Shown here: positions 20,368 to 29,732 of the stretch, piece by piece
Layout: each line of letters starts with the position of its first letter
How positions within the stretch are numbered: position 1 is the stretch's first letter
Source: a virus
DNA: 64,000 bases
Strand: one strand, 5' to 3'
IMG/VR virus record: IMGVR_UViG_3300029787_005266
Location: 27,043-91,042 of that record
Notes under the pieces: generated by a model
Databases searched by the model: none
Told to the model about the DNA's origin: nothing
The model's input: only the letters and a program-made list of their open reading frames with translations
Position numbers and translations under genes: made by a program

Positions 20368-21689
20368 AATATAGAAGAGAGGTCCTAGACCCAAAATCTT
20401 CATCCTTCTGTGGAGCCAAATGGTATAATGCCACTATATGGTTAGGTTCTGGCATGACCACAAGTTGCCATCATCCTTTGCCACACAAAATTGATTTAGA
20501 AGCAGTAAAAAATAATCCCAAAGCTCTGCATAACACACCCGAGAAAAAATTACAACGTGAGCAGATGCAGGCAGGTGAAAGACCTGCAGGTTGTGAATAT
20601 TGTTGGAAAATAGAAGACCTAGGTGATAACAGTATATCTGACAGAGTATACAAATCAAACATATATTCAAATGAAGATTTAGAGACAGCATTTAACACAC
20701 CTTGTCAAAAAGATGTAGATTTACAAACATTAGAAATATCATTTGATAGGACTTGCAATTTTGCTTGTTCTTATTGTAATCCTGCTTTTTCTACTACGTG
20801 GGTAAAAGATATCAAACAACACGGAGCATATGAAAAACTACAATCAGACGGCAGAAATCATTTTACTCATGTACATGAATCATCACAACTGTATGGTTAT
20901 CAAGAATACAATCCCTACATAGAAGCATTTTGGAAGTGGTGGGATTCAGACTTACATCGTACATTGAAAGAATTAAGAGTCACAGGTGGTGAACCTTTGA
21001 TGAGTGCAGACATGTGGAAACTGTTTGATTGGTTCAAGGATAATCATGGCAAGTCAGATACTAGGCTAGCAATTAATTCGAATCTGTGTCCTAAAGACAA
21101 ATTAATGGATCAGTTGATTGAAAAGTCACACTATGTCAAAAACTTCGATGTCTATACTTCAGCTGAAGCAATGGGAACCAGAGCAGAGTATATTAGAGAT
21201 GGCATGGACTTTGCATTATGGAAAAAGAATTGTCTGCGTCTTATAAATGAAGGCAGTTTGTCAGGATTGCATGTAATGATGACTGTGAATGCATTGTGTT
21301 TAGATTCATTGCCAGAAATGATTGATCTCTTAGTAAGTTGGAAACGCAAGTATGGTCCTGATTACCCGAATTTTACTCTCAATATATTACGTTTTCCGTC
21401 ATTTCAGTCAGCAGTAGTATTGCCAACAAGTATCAAAAAAGAATGCATTGAGCAATTAACAAAGCAAACACATGATTATTACAATGATTTGCATGGTATG
21501 GAACTTAATCAAATGCTGAGATTAATAGAATACCTTAAAGAAGTCGAAAGTCCTCATGAGGGAGCGGACAATGTGGATAAATTACAGAGTGACTTCAAGA
21601 ACTTTTATTCACAGTATGATAAACGCAGAGGCAAAGACTTTGCAAATACATTTGGTAACAAAATGGTAACATGGTATGAGCAGTTATAA
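20343..21689 (+). CDS. Radical SAM enzyme with N-terminal twitch-like domain (2 of 5)
   Basis: CNFACSYC, GGEP; CGAKW...SCHH...CEYC. Confidence 0.85.
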   Translation: MSTSNEDLKYRREVLDPKSSSFCGAKWYNATIWLGSGMTTSCHHPLPHKIDLEAVKNNPKALHNTPEKKLQREQMQAGERPAGCEYCWKIEDLGDNSISDRVYKSNIYSNEDLETAFNTPCQKDVDLQTLEISFDRTCNFACSYCNPAFSTTWVKDIKQHGAYEKLQSDGRNHFTHVHESSQLYGYQEYNPYIEAFWKWWDSDLHRTLKELRVTGGEPLMSADMWKLFDWFKDNHGKSDTRLAINSNLCPKDKLMDQLIEKSHYVKNFDVYTSAEAMGTRAEYIRDGMDFALWKKNCLRLINEGSLSGLHVMMTVNALCLDSLPEMIDLLVSWKRKYGPDYPNFTLNILRFPSFQSAVVLPTSIKKECIEQLTKQTHDYYNDLHGMELNQMLRLIEYLKEVESPHEGADNVDKLQSDFKNFYSQYDKRRGKDFANTFGNKMVTWYEQL

Positions 21690-22956
21690 AGACAAAATGC
21701 CCACACAAGTGGATGCTGACAAACTGACAGATAAGCAAAAGTTTTTGTTGAACGATTCTAAATATTTTTGCACACTGCCTTGGACACATTTACACGCTTA
21801 TCCGAATGGAGCCGCATATCCTTGTTGTCTTGCAAAACATGAATTTCCCATTGGGTCTATGAAAGAAAACACTATGAAAGAATTATGGAATAGTGCAGAC
21901 ATGAAAGACATCAGGAAAAACATGTTGAATGAAAAACCATCCAAACAATGTACCAAGTGTTATGAGCAAGAAGAACATGGATGGACGTCAATGCGAGAAT
22001 CGTCTAATATACGTTATGGGCACCACATTGACAAAGTTCCACTTACAAAAGATGATGGAACTTATGATGATGTGAACATGATATATTGGGATATACGTTT
22101 TTCCAATCTGTGCAATTTGTCATGCAGATCCTGTGGCACATGGTTTTCTTCAAACTGGTATGATGACCAAGTAGCATTGTGGGGAGATCCTGGACACCCG
22201 AAAGTTACATATGCTGGCACCACTAAAATGGATGCCTATGAACAACTTATTGAATATTTGCCAATGGTCGAACAGGTATATTTTGCAGGTGGTGAACCTC
22301 TTATTATGGAAGAACATTATAAAATTTTACAAGCTCTTATAGATACAGGCAAAGCTGATAGTGTGCGGTTACTTTACAATACAAATTTAACCAGACTGTC
22401 GTACAAAAAAACAAATGTATTAGATATTTGGCCTGAATTTAAAGATGTGGCAGTAGGGGCATCTTTAGATGCTATGGGGCCGAGAGCAGAACTTATGCGT
22501 AATGGAACAAAATGGGCCGATGTAGAACGTAACAGAGAAGATATGTTGAAAAAATGTCCTGATGTTGATTTTTACATATCGCCAACTGTAGGCATTTTTA
22601 ACTATTCACACATAATTGACTTTCATAATGATTGGGTGCAAAAAGGATTCATCAGAGAAGGTGATATAAATGTAAACATGATACAAGATCCATTACATTA
22701 TAGAATAGATGTAATTACTCCAAAAATGAAAAAAGAAGTTGAACCAAAGTACAAAGAACACATAGAAAAGATTAGGCCAAAAGATCATTTGAATCGAGCC
22801 ACAGGTGGATTTGAATCTGCATTGAATATGATGATGGCCGATGATAGGAGTGATCTTATACCTACTTTCAAAAGAATCACATCACAGTTGGATAGACATC
22901 GTGGACAGGAAACACATGAAATATTTCCTGAGTTGTCGGAGATACTAATTGACTAA
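21676..22956 (+). CDS. Radical SAM enzyme with N-terminal twitch-like domain (3 of 5)
   Basis: CNLSCRSC, GGEP; CTLPW...PCC...CTKC. Confidence 0.85.
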   Translation: MSSYKDKMPTQVDADKLTDKQKFLLNDSKYFCTLPWTHLHAYPNGAAYPCCLAKHEFPIGSMKENTMKELWNSADMKDIRKNMLNEKPSKQCTKCYEQEEHGWTSMRESSNIRYGHHIDKVPLTKDDGTYDDVNMIYWDIRFSNLCNLSCRSCGTWFSSNWYDDQVALWGDPGHPKVTYAGTTKMDAYEQLIEYLPMVEQVYFAGGEPLIMEEHYKILQALIDTGKADSVRLLYNTNLTRLSYKKTNVLDIWPEFKDVAVGASLDAMGPRAELMRNGTKWADVERNREDMLKKCPDVDFYISPTVGIFNYSHIIDFHNDWVQKGFIREGDINVNMIQDPLHYRIDVITPKMKKEVEPKYKEHIEKIRPKDHLNRATGGFESALNMMMADDRSDLIPTFKRITSQLDRHRGQETHEIFPELSEILID

Positions 22957-24109
22957 AATTTGTACATTGCCTTGGATGCATTTAGAAACTACTCCGTTGG
23001 GCGAATATCGACCATGCTGTCTTGCAGAAGAATCAATCAAACGTTCAGATGGTACGCCATACGACATATCAAAAGGTGACACTATCAAAGATGCATTCAA
23101 TTCTGAATACATGGAGAATATGCGTGATGAATTTTTACAAGGTGGACAGCCTGAAACTTGTAGCAAGTGTTGGTCTTTAGAAGAAGCAGGTGGTACATCG
23201 AAAAGGATGATATCAAATGAAAAGTTTGGGATTAACACTGATGAAAAAGGTATTACATTCTTAGATTTAAAACTAGGCAATATTTGTAATTTAAAGTGCA
23301 GAATCTGTGGAGGATTTTCATCGTCTAAATGGGCCGCCGAAGAAATAAAGCAGGGCAGTGAAAATGCTAAAAGCTGGCTCAAAGCAGGCATGTGGCCACG
23401 CAAAACTGATTCATTATGGAACGAAGTTGTTGATATGTTGCCGCAAATAGAACATTTTGAATTTACTGGCGGCGAACCTTTTATGATTCAAGAACATTTT
23501 GACCTGTTAGAAAAAAGTGTTGAACTAGGCTATGCTAAACAGCAAGAAATACATTATAATACAAATGGCACACAGTTTCCAGAATATGCTATGAAACATA
23601 TATGGCCACATTTTAAAGATGTAGAAATAGCATTTAGTATTGATGACATAAGAGCAAGATTTGAATATCAGAGATATGGAGCCAAATGGGATCAAGTGAA
23701 CGAAAATATACGCAAGTTCAATGAATTAAAATCCAACAGTAAAAATATTTCAACACAGATTTGTTGCACAATTAACATCCAAAACATTTATAACTTAGAC
23801 AATATGGCTGATTGGATAAAGCAACAAAACTTTGATTATGTGTTTTACAATTATCTACATGAAGCAAAAGAATGGAATGTGCAATATTTGCCTATTCATT
23901 TGAAGCAAGAAATTAAAAAGAAACTTGAAGCATATGATGGAGACTTATGGCATTATAAACAGATACAAAATGCAATAAACTTTATGATGTCTGCAAATTT
24001 ATATTCAGAAGAAATGGACCATAAACGCAAGATAAAAATAAAACTGAGTGATCAATTTAGAAACGAATCATTTGCAGAAACTTTTCCAGAATTAAAAGAG
24101 TTAGTATGA
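22949..24109 (+). CDS. Radical SAM enzyme with N-terminal twitch-like domain (4 of 5)
   Basis: CNLKCRIC, GGEP; CTLPW...PCC...CSKC; TTG start. Confidence 0.85.
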   Translation: MTKICTLPWMHLETTPLGEYRPCCLAEESIKRSDGTPYDISKGDTIKDAFNSEYMENMRDEFLQGGQPETCSKCWSLEEAGGTSKRMISNEKFGINTDEKGITFLDLKLGNICNLKCRICGGFSSSKWAAEEIKQGSENAKSWLKAGMWPRKTDSLWNEVVDMLPQIEHFEFTGGEPFMIQEHFDLLEKSVELGYAKQQEIHYNTNGTQFPEYAMKHIWPHFKDVEIAFSIDDIRARFEYQRYGAKWDQVNENIRKFNELKSNSKNISTQICCTINIQNIYNLDNMADWIKQQNFDYVFYNYLHEAKEWNVQYLPIHLKQEIKKKLEAYDGDLWHYKQIQNAINFMMSANLYSEEMDHKRKIKIKLSDQFRNESFAETFPELKELV

Positions 24110-25434
24110 GCAAAGATTGGAAAACACCAGAAGAAGGCAATTTAACATTTTGTATGGCTCCATGGACACATACATATTTGTCACCTACATCTGAAAGACG
24201 TCTGTGTTGTGCTTCTACTGAGCCTGCACAAAGTTTTGAACAATACATTGATACATCTGAAGGCACAAACGAATATAATCCGATGTCTTTACCAGCATGG
24301 TGGAACAGTGATCATATGAAGTCTGTAAGGCAAAGAATGCTTAAGGGCGAGATGTTGCCAGAGTGTCAAGTGTGCAATCACAACATATTACATACTAGTC
24401 CTTACAGAAAACATTTCAATCAACTGTTTGAAAATTTAATTAAAGAAGCATACCAAAAAACAAATTCAGATGGCAGTACAGATATGCCAGTTGTATCTTT
24501 TGATTATAGATTTTCAAACTTGTGTAATTTTATGTGTAGAATGTGCGGATCAAATCTGTCCTCTAGTTGGGAAACTGAAGAAAGAAAATACATTGAAAAT
24601 TTTGACAAAGTTCGACCATGGGCAAGTAAAGAAGTAAAAAAAGCAACTGCAGAATTTGTCGCTAACATGGCAGAACCAGAATTTGAACATGCTATAAAAA
24701 ATAAACAAATCCGTGAAGTGTATTGGGTAGGTGGAGAACCATTGATGTATCATCAACATTGGAAGTTCATGAAAATGATTGTGGACACAGGACAAGCCGG
24801 TAATGTGTATGCAAGGTATAACACTAATTTAAGTAGGATAGTGTTCAAAAATTTAAACCTGTTTGACGATGTACTTTCAAAATTTAGTGCATGGGAAGTG
24901 TGTGCAAGTATAGATGGCACAGGCCCTACAGGCGAATATATTAGATCAGGTTTAGATTGGGAGAAATGGTTAGACAATTGGAAACATGCACACAAGTTTC
25001 AAAACGGTCGGAATAAAATATTAAATTTAGACTTCACTATAACCACAGCAGGAATATGGGAAATAGAAAAAATGTTCGAACTAAGTTTAGAATATAATGT
25101 ACCTATTATTGCAAAACAAACTTTCGCATTCAGTTCCGAAGTATTAATGAGTTGCAGAGCAATACCTAAACACATTTTACAAAGAATATTTTCTAACATT
25201 TTAGAAAGAATAGAGCCACGAGCAACAAAAAAACAAAAAGGTTTAGTGGATCAACTAAAACACATGATACAACAAGGACATTTTGTTGATGACTACCCTG
25301 ATGATTATGAAGAAGGAATAAAAGACGGCAAAGAATTTATTTTACACATGGAAAGTAGAAGAAAAAATCCTGTCACAATGCGTGAAATAATGTGGAAAGA
25401 CAAAGAACTAGGAGAATGGTATGACTCAATATAA
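24106..25434 (+). CDS. Radical SAM enzyme with N-terminal twitch-like domain (5 of 5)
   Basis: CNFMCRMC, GGEP; CMAPW...LCC...CQVC. Confidence 0.85.
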   Translation: MSKDWKTPEEGNLTFCMAPWTHTYLSPTSERRLCCASTEPAQSFEQYIDTSEGTNEYNPMSLPAWWNSDHMKSVRQRMLKGEMLPECQVCNHNILHTSPYRKHFNQLFENLIKEAYQKTNSDGSTDMPVVSFDYRFSNLCNFMCRMCGSNLSSSWETEERKYIENFDKVRPWASKEVKKATAEFVANMAEPEFEHAIKNKQIREVYWVGGEPLMYHQHWKFMKMIVDTGQAGNVYARYNTNLSRIVFKNLNLFDDVLSKFSAWEVCASIDGTGPTGEYIRSGLDWEKWLDNWKHAHKFQNGRNKILNLDFTITTAGIWEIEKMFELSLEYNVPIIAKQTFAFSSEVLMSCRAIPKHILQRIFSNILERIEPRATKKQKGLVDQLKHMIQQGHFVDDYPDDYEEGIKDGKEFILHMESRRKNPVTMREIMWKDKELGEWYDSI

Positions 25435-26101
25435 ACATATTGTTAGTGCAGGATGTTCTTTTATACATGGCAGTGAATTAGGTGATGAAGTTCCATATTC
25501 ACAGTCCACCTATCCTGCTTTGATATCAAAACAATTAGACACCACTTATGAATGTCTTGCATATCCTTCAGCATCTAATCAAGGCATAGCAAAAAATATT
25601 CTACAGCATTCACCACAGCAACACACATTGTACATTGTTCAATGGACATATCCTTCTAGGTTTGGAGTGAATCTAAATTTTGAAATTAAAGACAAAAACA
25701 AAAGCAAAACTACATGGTTTGATCTTGCTCCAAACTCATGGGATTACAATCCAAAAGCATTTCATGAATACACTGAATATTCAAAACAACTGATTGATAT
25801 GGGAATACCGGAACTAAGTGAACAATATTACAAGTATACAGGCAACAATGATCAGTTCATGTTCCAAACTGAACTCTGTGTGAAAGCAGTGCAACAGCAT
25901 TGTAGACAACACGAAGCAGGATATCTTTTTTATACTGCAACCAGTGAATTGCTACAATTGGAAGATATAAAAGGGTTTGATGGCAAAGGTTTTGTAGAAT
26001 GGGCAACAGACAGCAAGTATCCACATGGTCCTTACAAACATCCTTTACACCAAGCACATTCAGATGCCGCTTCGCTAGTAATGGTAAGATTAAAAGGATA
26101 A
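25421..26101 (+). CDS. SGNH/GDSL hydrolase-like protein
   Basis: AGCSFIHG block I-like, ASNQGI, VQWT..SR, C-terminal HP...AH. Confidence 0.55.
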   Translation: MTQYKHIVSAGCSFIHGSELGDEVPYSQSTYPALISKQLDTTYECLAYPSASNQGIAKNILQHSPQQHTLYIVQWTYPSRFGVNLNFEIKDKNKSKTTWFDLAPNSWDYNPKAFHEYTEYSKQLIDMGIPELSEQYYKYTGNNDQFMFQTELCVKAVQQHCRQHEAGYLFYTATSELLQLEDIKGFDGKGFVEWATDSKYPHGPYKHPLHQAHSDAASLVMVRLKG

Positions 26102-26109
26102 TTACACAT

Positions 26110-26214
26110 ATGTTTAGATGGATCAAAAAATTGTACAACAATATTCTTCTTGAAATACGGTACAGGAAAAAAATGAAAGAGCTGAAGAAGAAGGATCCTT
26201 TCATTTATCACTAA
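26110..26214 (+). CDS. Small basic 34-aa peptide ending DPFIYH
   Basis: MFRWIKKLYNNILLEIRYRKKMKELKKKDPFIYH fills the intergenic gap; PFIY-ending peptides are known beside carbamoyltransferases. Confidence 0.6.
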   Translation: MFRWIKKLYNNILLEIRYRKKMKELKKKDPFIYH

Positions 26215-26217
26215 TCA

Positions 26218-27255
26218 ATGAAAAATACTTTTTGCCTATGGGAATACACTGGAGTAGATTCTATCTACAACACTGGCAAACTTGTTAAAGACCTTACAAC
26301 GTATATCAAAACACAAACATTACAAAACGAAGAAATAATTTTAGATATGTATCCGGAAGGTTATAGTCTACATCATAATGGAGTATGGAGTATTATTGAA
26401 GCAGTGTGTGAAGCATGTGATACACACCCAGCATCTTTGACATTAGTAATTGGGGATATGACTGCCGATTATCCGTGTAACGTGATTATACATCAACCTA
26501 GATGGCTAATGGAAACTGCCGCTGAGTTTCCAAATTTTAAGCAAGATTTCGATAAAGTTGCAGAAAAAAAATTCTTGCACTTCATAGGTCGAGCCACGTG
26601 GGATAGGATAGGGGTCAACAAATATTTGAGAGAAAATTATGCTGATGATTCATGGGTAACAATCGGTCCAACTAGAAACAGACAAAGAGTAATTGATGAC
26701 ACATTTCATGGTTTGACAAACAATCACTTTACTCCTGATCAAATTGTAGACATGATGAAATACACTTTAAATCCTCCAAAAAACTTTTTGGTGGAAACAG
26801 CACGTGAAGATTACACTACGTTTCCAGATAATATGCTACCTTTACAGCATATGTACACCAATGCATTTGTTGAGATAGTACATGAAACAGACATACACGA
26901 TAATAATTTTTTTATAACAGAAAAAACTATCAGGCCAATCTTGTTCAAAAAGCCATTTATAACCATGTGCGGAAAACACTTCTGCAAGAATCTACGCACA
27001 CTAGGTTTTAAAACCTTTGATGATTGGTTTGATGAACGATATGATGAAGTTAATGCTAGACAACGATACGATGCAGTTCTTAAAAGAATTATTAATATTG
27101 GAAAAATGAGCTACAAAGAGTTGTCAGAATGGAACCTAGAAATGCGTGACACTGTTGAACATAATTTTCAGCATCTGCTTACAAAAGGTTGGCTAGAACA
27201 TTTAGACAAATTCGATGTACAATTTTGGCACGATGGCAAGGGACAATTATTATGA
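26218..27255 (+). CDS. Putative GT-B glycosyltransferase-like protein (GT10-like C-terminus)
   Basis: VEIVHET...FITEKTIRPI...PFI...LGFKTF..WFDE.YD. Confidence 0.5.
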   Translation: MKNTFCLWEYTGVDSIYNTGKLVKDLTTYIKTQTLQNEEIILDMYPEGYSLHHNGVWSIIEAVCEACDTHPASLTLVIGDMTADYPCNVIIHQPRWLMETAAEFPNFKQDFDKVAEKKFLHFIGRATWDRIGVNKYLRENYADDSWVTIGPTRNRQRVIDDTFHGLTNNHFTPDQIVDMMKYTLNPPKNFLVETAREDYTTFPDNMLPLQHMYTNAFVEIVHETDIHDNNFFITEKTIRPILFKKPFITMCGKHFCKNLRTLGFKTFDDWFDERYDEVNARQRYDAVLKRIINIGKMSYKELSEWNLEMRDTVEHNFQHLLTKGWLEHLDKFDVQFWHDGKGQLL

Positions 27256-28292
27256 TAGTAGACTCAGTCACAGAGTGTTATGATCTTAATGCATCAGGGC
27301 ATGTAAATTTGCACGAAACATTTCCATCTTTGAAAGATGACCTCCGTGCCTACTTTATCAGATGCAATAAACAAGGAATTAATCCTATTATAGATTTCAC
27401 CAATGAAGGGTATGGATTGTATGCCAATGGTGCGTGGCCAATCATTGAAAGTGTTGCCGAAGAATGTGGGATCAAAATGAATAGATTGACTTTGTACATA
27501 TCTGATATGTTTGCATCATATCCTTGCAACACAATGCCTTTAGTGAATGATAAATGGTTACAAGTGTATACACCAGATTCTGAACCAGATGTGACCGACA
27601 GACTTTTTAAAAAATTTGGTCATTTTATAGGAAGAGCATCACCAGATAGGCTGGCTATGCATGTGATGTTAGAAAAATATCAAAACGATATGTGGTACTC
27701 TATATGGAATGGCTGGGATTTTGATGACAATTTTTTTGCTAGATTAAAAAATTACATTCCATTCAAATTTGACAAAGGCAAACTGATAGGAAGAGCAAGA
27801 GAAGTAGCGGAACAATTACCTCAAAAAAATACATATGAAACTCCTAGTAAAGATGATTTTTATGAATGGCCTAGACAAGTTGCTCCATTACATTTTTATT
27901 ACAAAAATATGTTTGTTGATATTGTAAGTGAAACAGATCTTGACACTTGCTTCACTACAGAAAAAACTTTGAGACCTATTATTTTCAAAACACCATTTTT
28001 GTTAATGGCAGGCAAAGGCACACTGCAAAAATTAAAAGAGATTGGTTTTAAAACATTTAACAATTGGTGGTCAGAAGATTACGACAGGTATTCACACAGA
28101 CAAAGATTGGAAAAAATATTAGACATTGTAGATTGGATTAGTGTACAATACAATGTAAAGGAATTAAAAGCAGAAATGAATAGCATTTTGGAATACAATT
28201 ATAATCATTATGTGAATCAAACGTGGATTCCTATGGCAAAAGAGATGGGTATTCCGGACAGTGCATTTGGAGACACAAGAACATGGGAGTAG
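27252..28292 (+). CDS. Paralogue of 26218 (GT10-like C-terminus)
   Basis: VDIVSET...FTTEKTLRPI...PFL...IGFKTF..WWSEDYD; start moved to ATG 27252 (ATGA overlap). Confidence 0.5.
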   Translation: MIVDSVTECYDLNASGHVNLHETFPSLKDDLRAYFIRCNKQGINPIIDFTNEGYGLYANGAWPIIESVAEECGIKMNRLTLYISDMFASYPCNTMPLVNDKWLQVYTPDSEPDVTDRLFKKFGHFIGRASPDRLAMHVMLEKYQNDMWYSIWNGWDFDDNFFARLKNYIPFKFDKGKLIGRAREVAEQLPQKNTYETPSKDDFYEWPRQVAPLHFYYKNMFVDIVSETDLDTCFTTEKTLRPIIFKTPFLLMAGKGTLQKLKEIGFKTFNNWWSEDYDRYSHRQRLEKILDIVDWISVQYNVKELKAEMNSILEYNYNHYVNQTWIPMAKEMGIPDSAFGDTRTWE

Positions 28293-29731
28293 TTTGGGGA
28301 GCATCAGCACACTTTCATGATGCAGGCTTGAGTGTGGTCAAAGATGGCGAAGTTGTATTTGGTGCTCATGCAGAAAGATATTCTGGAGTAAAACATGACA
28401 AGTTGCTAAATCAAGACATTATCAACGAAGCACTTACTTGGGGTAGACCTGATGTAGTTGCATGGTACGAAAAACCATGGAAGAAGAATATTAGAAAGTT
28501 ATGGACTGGCGAATGGCGGTATTCAAAATTTGATACACACCCAAGCAAGTATCTTAAACAGTTTGGCATTGATGCTCCAGTTAAATTGTATGATCATCAT
28601 TACACTCATGCAACAGCAGGATATTTTACATCACCATTTAAAGAAGCAGTCATTGTGGTAGCAGATGCTATTGGAGAGTTTGAATGTATTACTATATGGG
28701 AGGCAAAAGGGAATAAACTAAAAAGACTGGCGTCATGGTCTTATCCTCACTCACTAGGTTTGTTATATTCAGCATTTACTCAAAGATGCGGATTGAAGCC
28801 TATGGATGAAGAGTATATCACAATGGGAATGGCAGGTTGGGGTGAACCTAAGTACGCACATCAAATCAAACAAGAATTTGTAAATCCGACACACTTTCAT
28901 TTGAAGAAAAATGTACACAAAGGAATAGGCAACTGGATGCCAGATGCACAAGTGGAGGATATTGCGGCTTCAATACAACAAGTCACAGAAGAGTGCATTG
29001 ATCAATTGATGTGTACTGCCTACACATGGACAAGAATGAACAATGTGGTTTTTATGGGTGGTGTTGCTCTCAACTGTGTGGCCAACCATTTGTTGCATGA
29101 TTACTTTGATAATGTGTGGATAATGCCCAATCCAGGAGATTGTGGATCTTCACTAGGAGCCGCACTTGCACACCGAGGATCACACGTTAAATGGCCGGGG
29201 CCGTACATTGGCACCAATATTGATAATCCATACCCTGTAGAGGCGTTATTGCACGAATTAGACACCAAAAAGATAGTGGGAGTAGCGTCTGGTCGTGCTG
29301 AATTTGGGCCACGTGCTTTAGGACACAGATCATTGTTAGCAGACCCTAGAGGCACTGAAATTAAAGATCAAGTGAACGCAATAAAACGCAGACAAAAGTT
29401 CAGACCATTTGCTCCTGCAATACTGGAAGAACATGTCCAACACAACTTTAAAATGTGTACCAGTCATTCACCTCATATGCAGTTTGTGGGCGAGTGTTTA
29501 AAACCAGATTTGTATCCAGCAATCATTCATGTGGATGGCACCAGCAGAGTACAAACAGTGGGCAAAAATGATTCAACAGGATTCAGAGCATTGTTAGAAG
29601 CTTGGTATGCTAAAACAGGTTGTCCTATGTTGTTGAATACGTCACTAAACATCAGAGGTGAGCCAATGGTAAACACAAGAGAAGATGCTGATCGCTTCGA
29701 AGAAAAATATGGTGTAAAGGTTTGCTCGTGA
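28283..29731 (+). CDS. O-carbamoyltransferase, NodU/CmcH/TobZ family
   Basis: HDAG, ERYS..KHD, HH..HA, GGVALNC, EFGPRALGHRS.LADP, KRRQ.FRPFAP, HVDGTSRVQTV, LLNTSLN; start at ATG 28283 after GGAG. Confidence 0.9.
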   Translation: MGVVWGASAHFHDAGLSVVKDGEVVFGAHAERYSGVKHDKLLNQDIINEALTWGRPDVVAWYEKPWKKNIRKLWTGEWRYSKFDTHPSKYLKQFGIDAPVKLYDHHYTHATAGYFTSPFKEAVIVVADAIGEFECITIWEAKGNKLKRLASWSYPHSLGLLYSAFTQRCGLKPMDEEYITMGMAGWGEPKYAHQIKQEFVNPTHFHLKKNVHKGIGNWMPDAQVEDIAASIQQVTEECIDQLMCTAYTWTRMNNVVFMGGVALNCVANHLLHDYFDNVWIMPNPGDCGSSLGAALAHRGSHVKWPGPYIGTNIDNPYPVEALLHELDTKKIVGVASGRAEFGPRALGHRSLLADPRGTEIKDQVNAIKRRQKFRPFAPAILEEHVQHNFKMCTSHSPHMQFVGECLKPDLYPAIIHVDGTSRVQTVGKNDSTGFRALLEAWYAKTGCPMLLNTSLNIRGEPMVNTREDADRFEEKYGVKVCS

Positions 29732-29732
29732 C

